Below are positions 59,701 through 64,000 of a DNA stretch of 64,000 nucleotides, piece after piece. Under the pieces are notes generated by a model that did no database searches, was not told the origin of the DNA, and was given only the letters and a program-made list of their open reading frames with translations. This DNA comes from Lophium mytilinum. Lineage: Eukaryota. Position numbers and translations under genes: made by a program. The stretch lies in contig MU004199.1 of assembly GCA_010093605.1 (NCBI GenBank), positions 62,001-126,000 on the forward strand, written 5' to 3'. The number at the start of each line of letters is the position of its first letter. Position 1 is the stretch's first letter.

Positions 59701-61283
59701 AGGGATCCTCTTCCCGTGGGTAAAGAATGTCATGACGCAGGATCAGTCACGTATGAATGGCAGTGGTTTTCTAGGATGGATGTAACTTGAACTGACTTTA
59801 CATGTAACTTCTCTTTGAAACTTCACTTTCATTTACATTCTAAGGTGGCCTCCTGAAAAGACTATAGGCACGAATGTTCATACCATCATTACATGAGGCT
59901 GAGGATATACGGGCTGAATCTGTGCGGGCTGAGTTGCGTGAACGATGATCTTTCGTATCACTCTCCAAATTCTCGTCGTAGCGCCCTGGATCTGACCTAG
60001 AGTATTCATGAAATAGTTTAATGCTTTTTATTAGGCTTCTTTTCACAAGCTAGTGATTTCCGAGAGGCCTCTCTTGCCTCTCGGTACCATGAGACCCTCT
60101 TCGTTGGCTCTCATACAAAAGCGCCTCAGACAGTCTCGCCCAGCCTTTCGCATCTATCTCTACGTCAACGACGTCAGCTAGGTACATCGAAACGGGCCGC
60201 GCAAGCTCCACTCGCACCCGCCCATCCACCGCCGCGCACGACCATGATAGCGTGCGATACGCGATTTGATGCGTCTTGATAGATCTAGTACTCTATAGGC
60301 AACTATTTTGACTCGTCTGCCGAGTCTAGCAGATTTACGAGAGCTTTGGAGTCGATCCGCAATACTTCGACACAGTCGCCGAAGACTCCATACCCGAAAA
60401 CTGGTGCTGCAAAAACTGATGCGAGTAAATCGTCACAGTCTCGCAAGGGGAGCAGCATTCATCGAAGCTCAAAGGGGGCATGCCCTAACTGTTCGGCAGC
60501 GGACAAAGCTAGAGCTGAGTCTGCCAGCAGAGCCAAAGTGAAACCTGGGAGACAGACGGCCAAGGCAGTGAGGAAGCTTCAGCGTACGCGGTCGCAGCGA
60601 CGACAGGCTTCTAGATGAGACGTAGGAGAGTGCGACAATCCATATTTACCTTGCAAGGTCGCCCTCATCCCCAAAACTCCGGGCTTTCTGAATCCAATAC
60701 ACAATGCCTCGTCATTAGTTTGTGTACAGCTCTTCGCTGTTCTTTAGGGCGCTCAGCCCGTCTGCACGAATGTTTTCCCCCATGTGGATGTTGAGAGGAG
60801 AAGTCAGCCTTCGAGCGACGTTCAAGTCGAAGTTGAAGTTGCTCGTAAAGGTTACGCGTGCCGGACGACTCTATAGCGTTAGATCTACAAGGCCTTTCTT
60901 GGCGTAGCTCATAGATGAAACATGTCCCACGAGTGACAACAGGCCATCAGACCTAAGCGAAAGGGCGTTTCGTTTATCGTCAAGATGTCTACTTAAACTG
61001 CCTCTTAAACCATGGATTCAAATTGAAGCAAATTAAATCTAAGAAACAGTCAACCGACCACGTTTTTTCGCCGGAAATAAGTTACAGCGACAATATTTCC
61101 GACTTTCATCGCATCATTTCGCACCTCCTGCATTCGGCTAGTGATCAACTCGCTTACGAGGGATCGGATGCTACACCTCTCCAACTGCAAACCAATCACG
61201 CCATTCTTCGCGACCTCATCGCACCCTTCAACTTTTCCTAACGGCGCATTCCATATCCACGAGCACTGGATCTCAAGTGCAAA

Positions 61284-62993
61284 ATGGATAGCCGTTCGAG
61301 CGTCGAAGCGATCGAGTTAAGCAATATCCAGCTTCGCAACAGCGTTGAAGATGACGCGCAAAACGAATCGCAGAACATCTCCTCCCCACCTCCTGCAATG
61401 GAGTACCCAGGCGGTATCAAATTCGTTCTTATTACCATTGGCCTAGTGCTGAGCATCTTCCTCTCCGCCCTCGACAGCACGATCATTGCAACCGCCATCC
61501 CCAGTATTACAGACGAGTTCGGCAGTATCGGCAACATTGCTTGGTACGGCAGCGCCTACATCATCACAAACACAGCCTTTCAGTCCTCATGGGGAAAGGG
61601 GTATTCATATTTCCCTCTCAAACACACCTTCTTACTAGCTATCGCACTCTTCGAAGTTGGGAACATCATCTGCGCTCTTGCACCTAACAGCTCCACGCTG
61701 ATTCTTGGGCGCGTGGTTGCTGGAATCGGTGGAGGGGGGATCATGACCGGCGCGTTCATTATCATTGCGCTGACGGTAAAGCCAGACCATAGAGCAGCCT
61801 ACATGGGTGTTCTAGGCGTCACGTTCGGCGTCTCAAGCGTAGTGGGCCCGCTGATGGGCGGTCTGCTCACGGATGGTCCTGGATGGAGATGGTGCTTCTG
61901 TACGTCTATTATATTTCCTTCTTCCTTTCGAACACAGACTGATATCTTTGCACTCTAAGGGATCAGCCTCCCACTCGGCTTCTCCGCAGCCGCAACCATG
62001 TTCTTCTTCTTCATGCCCCCAATACCCCCCAGAGAAGCCTCCCTCCGCGAAAGAATCGTTCAGATAGACCTCCTCGGCAGCATCCTCGTCACCGGCGCGC
62101 TTTCCTGCTTCGTTCTCTGCATGCACTGGAGCGGAATCTACCACTGGTCCAGTCCTCGCGCGATCCTCGCCATGGTCTCCTTTGTCGTGCTCATGCTAGC
62201 GTTTTTCGCCAACGAAGGGTTCATGGGCCCCAAAGCAATGATCCAACACCACCTCCTCAAGAACTCTGCTGTCCTCCCCAACCTCATCTACATCTTCTTC
62301 CTGGCCGGCGTCTACTTCCCCCTCCTCTACACCCTCCCCGTGCAGCTCCAGTCCGTGCACAACGAATCCGCCTCCCAGAGCGGCGTCCGCCTCATCCCCC
62401 TCGTCCTCGGCATCTCCCTCGTCACCATGCTTTCCAACGCCCTACTCACCTGGACACGCCGCTACGCCCTCTTCCTCGCCGCCGGGGCGATCCTCGGCAC
62501 CGCCGGCCTGGCGAAAATCCACTCACTGGGCGCAGACGCCACCACCAGTGACTGGATCCGCTACGAGATCCTCGCCGCCGTCGGCGTCGGGCTCGCGCTA
62601 CAGATCCCCATGATCGCTAACCAGACCGTTGTGGCCGCCACGGACGTCCCGGCTGTCACGTCCCTCACTCTCTTCGTCGAGAACATCGGGACCGCGCTGT
62701 TTGTGGCCGCGGGCGAGGCGGCGTTTGCGCAGGGCCTGATGGCCAGCATTGCGAAGAACGTGCCGTCGGTGGAACCGAACAAGGTGCTCGATGTTGGCGC
62801 AACGCAGATTCGAAATGTGTTTCACGGAAGCGAGCTGCAAGGGGTGTTGGGGAGTTATCTGGATGGGTGCAAGATTAGTCATGTCATTGGGGTTGCGTGT
62901 GGGGCGGCGGCGTGTGTGGTATCGTTTGGGAGTGTGGGGACGATCGGGGTTAGGGAGGTTAGGATGAGGTTGAAGAAGGTGCATGCGCCTTGA
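61284..62993 (+). CDS. MFS drug:H+ antiporter (DHA2/14-TMS type), 2 exons
   Basis: LSALDSTIIATAIPSITDEF, WYGSAY, GRVVAGIGGGG, GPLMGGLLT...WRWCF; intron ~61900-61959. Confidence 0.92.
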
Positions 62994-64000
62994 GTGGTCG
63001 TGGTAGACCGACCTTTTCGGCGTGAGGTTCAGAGTGGATAGGTGTGATATCTCGTTGATGTGGTAGGTTCAGTGAGATTCTTGCCGGAGCAGTTGTTTGG
63101 GGAGTATCTATCTAGACCGCATCTTGTTCTTGTAGGTTCCCGGATTTTTGATCTTTAGAAAGCCTCAATTATCATGGTTGTTCATTTTCTTCAGCGAGAA
63201 CGAATAGTACTTTCCTTATCATTGACGAAGATACATTGGCGAGTCTTCTCATCCACAAAAGCTGTCGCTTGCCCTCGCGATGGCTTCGATTGTCTAACCT
63301 TCGGTTACTTGGACTAGCTTTGCAGCGTCGATTACTTTGCTGGTGGTGTGTAAATCTCTGGTTTTCGCAGAGATAAGACGTCATAAGATTAGGAAAGAGA
63401 TGCAGCTAAAGTTAGTGGCTATTTCGTCGTAGATTCCTATTCGAGAAATCTGGGTAAGCAATATTCTAAAAGCAAGGCTACAGCCTCCCTATGTCCATCA
63501 CCACCAGAAGAATTAGACAGCCTAGCGCTCTCCACCACCAGCTCCAGCTCACAGCAGCTCATAATACTCCCCATTACTAGATTACCCCAAAGAGCCGCAT
63601 TCCGATTTTCCAGTCATCGCAGCACGACTCGGTATAAACCACTCATAAACTTCCAACCAAATCCCCAGCCAAAACATAACCCCGAAAAGAACCCGTCCAT
63701 CTTAACCCTATTTGCTTGGCCCTCAACCCATCATCCGATCCTAACACGACCCTCTCGCCACACCTCCCGCAACCCCATCGCCACAGGGTCCGCCTTCACC
63801 GATCGGCAGCGCACTAACACCCATCGCACTGGACCCTTTCTCCACCATCGACCCACCTCGAAGCCCCGGAACGGTGGCCTCAGGCACGTGCCGAACCGTC
63901 GCATACCCGCTCCCGCAACCATCCCCTCGCGGGCGGATATTAATAATGCTGGTATTTTCCCGGGTGGGGGCGAGAGAACGGGAGGAAGGCGCGGCTGTTA

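Noticed and set aside
59840..60920. Short or stop-interrupted ORFs that might be a decayed gene
   Set aside because: No recognisable homology and ambiguous strand; needs tBLASTx.
63700..64000. Possible 3' end of a minus-strand gene at the window edge
   Set aside because: Composition is suggestive but frame and product cannot be determined.

Overview
Eukaryotic DNA from a filamentous ascomycete (Pezizomycotina, inferred from GT-AG introns with CTRAC branch sites and gene content). About 25 protein genes are supported. The left ~41 kb looks accessory-like: PS decarboxylase, DUF1989, RING, two BTB paralogues, ArsH, MFS, GPI protein, sulfatase, SDR, HerA/FtsK-like ATPase, a divergent pair of secreted proteins, DUF1479 plus sugar porter, and a T5orf172/GIY-YIG protein. 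It also carries four copies of a ~230-bp Tc1/mariner-type MITE. A housekeeping block follows (NOT2, bZIP, MRPL4, GDI1, MCD4), then a HeLo-like/ankyrin gene and a second MFS. Best leads: (1) a BTB protein carrying a Nup98/Nup116-type GLEBS motif and FG-like motifs, with an inverted, stop-interrupted paralogue; (2) a JlbA/IDI-4-like bZIP whose spliced frame has no AUG before the DNA-binding domain; (3) a head-to-head secreted metalloprotease and multi-domain protein pair; (4) a DUF1479/sugar-porter divergon with a 4x CGG-repeat promoter. All family calls come from motif recognition by eye, with no database searches. Exon boundaries were inferred manually.
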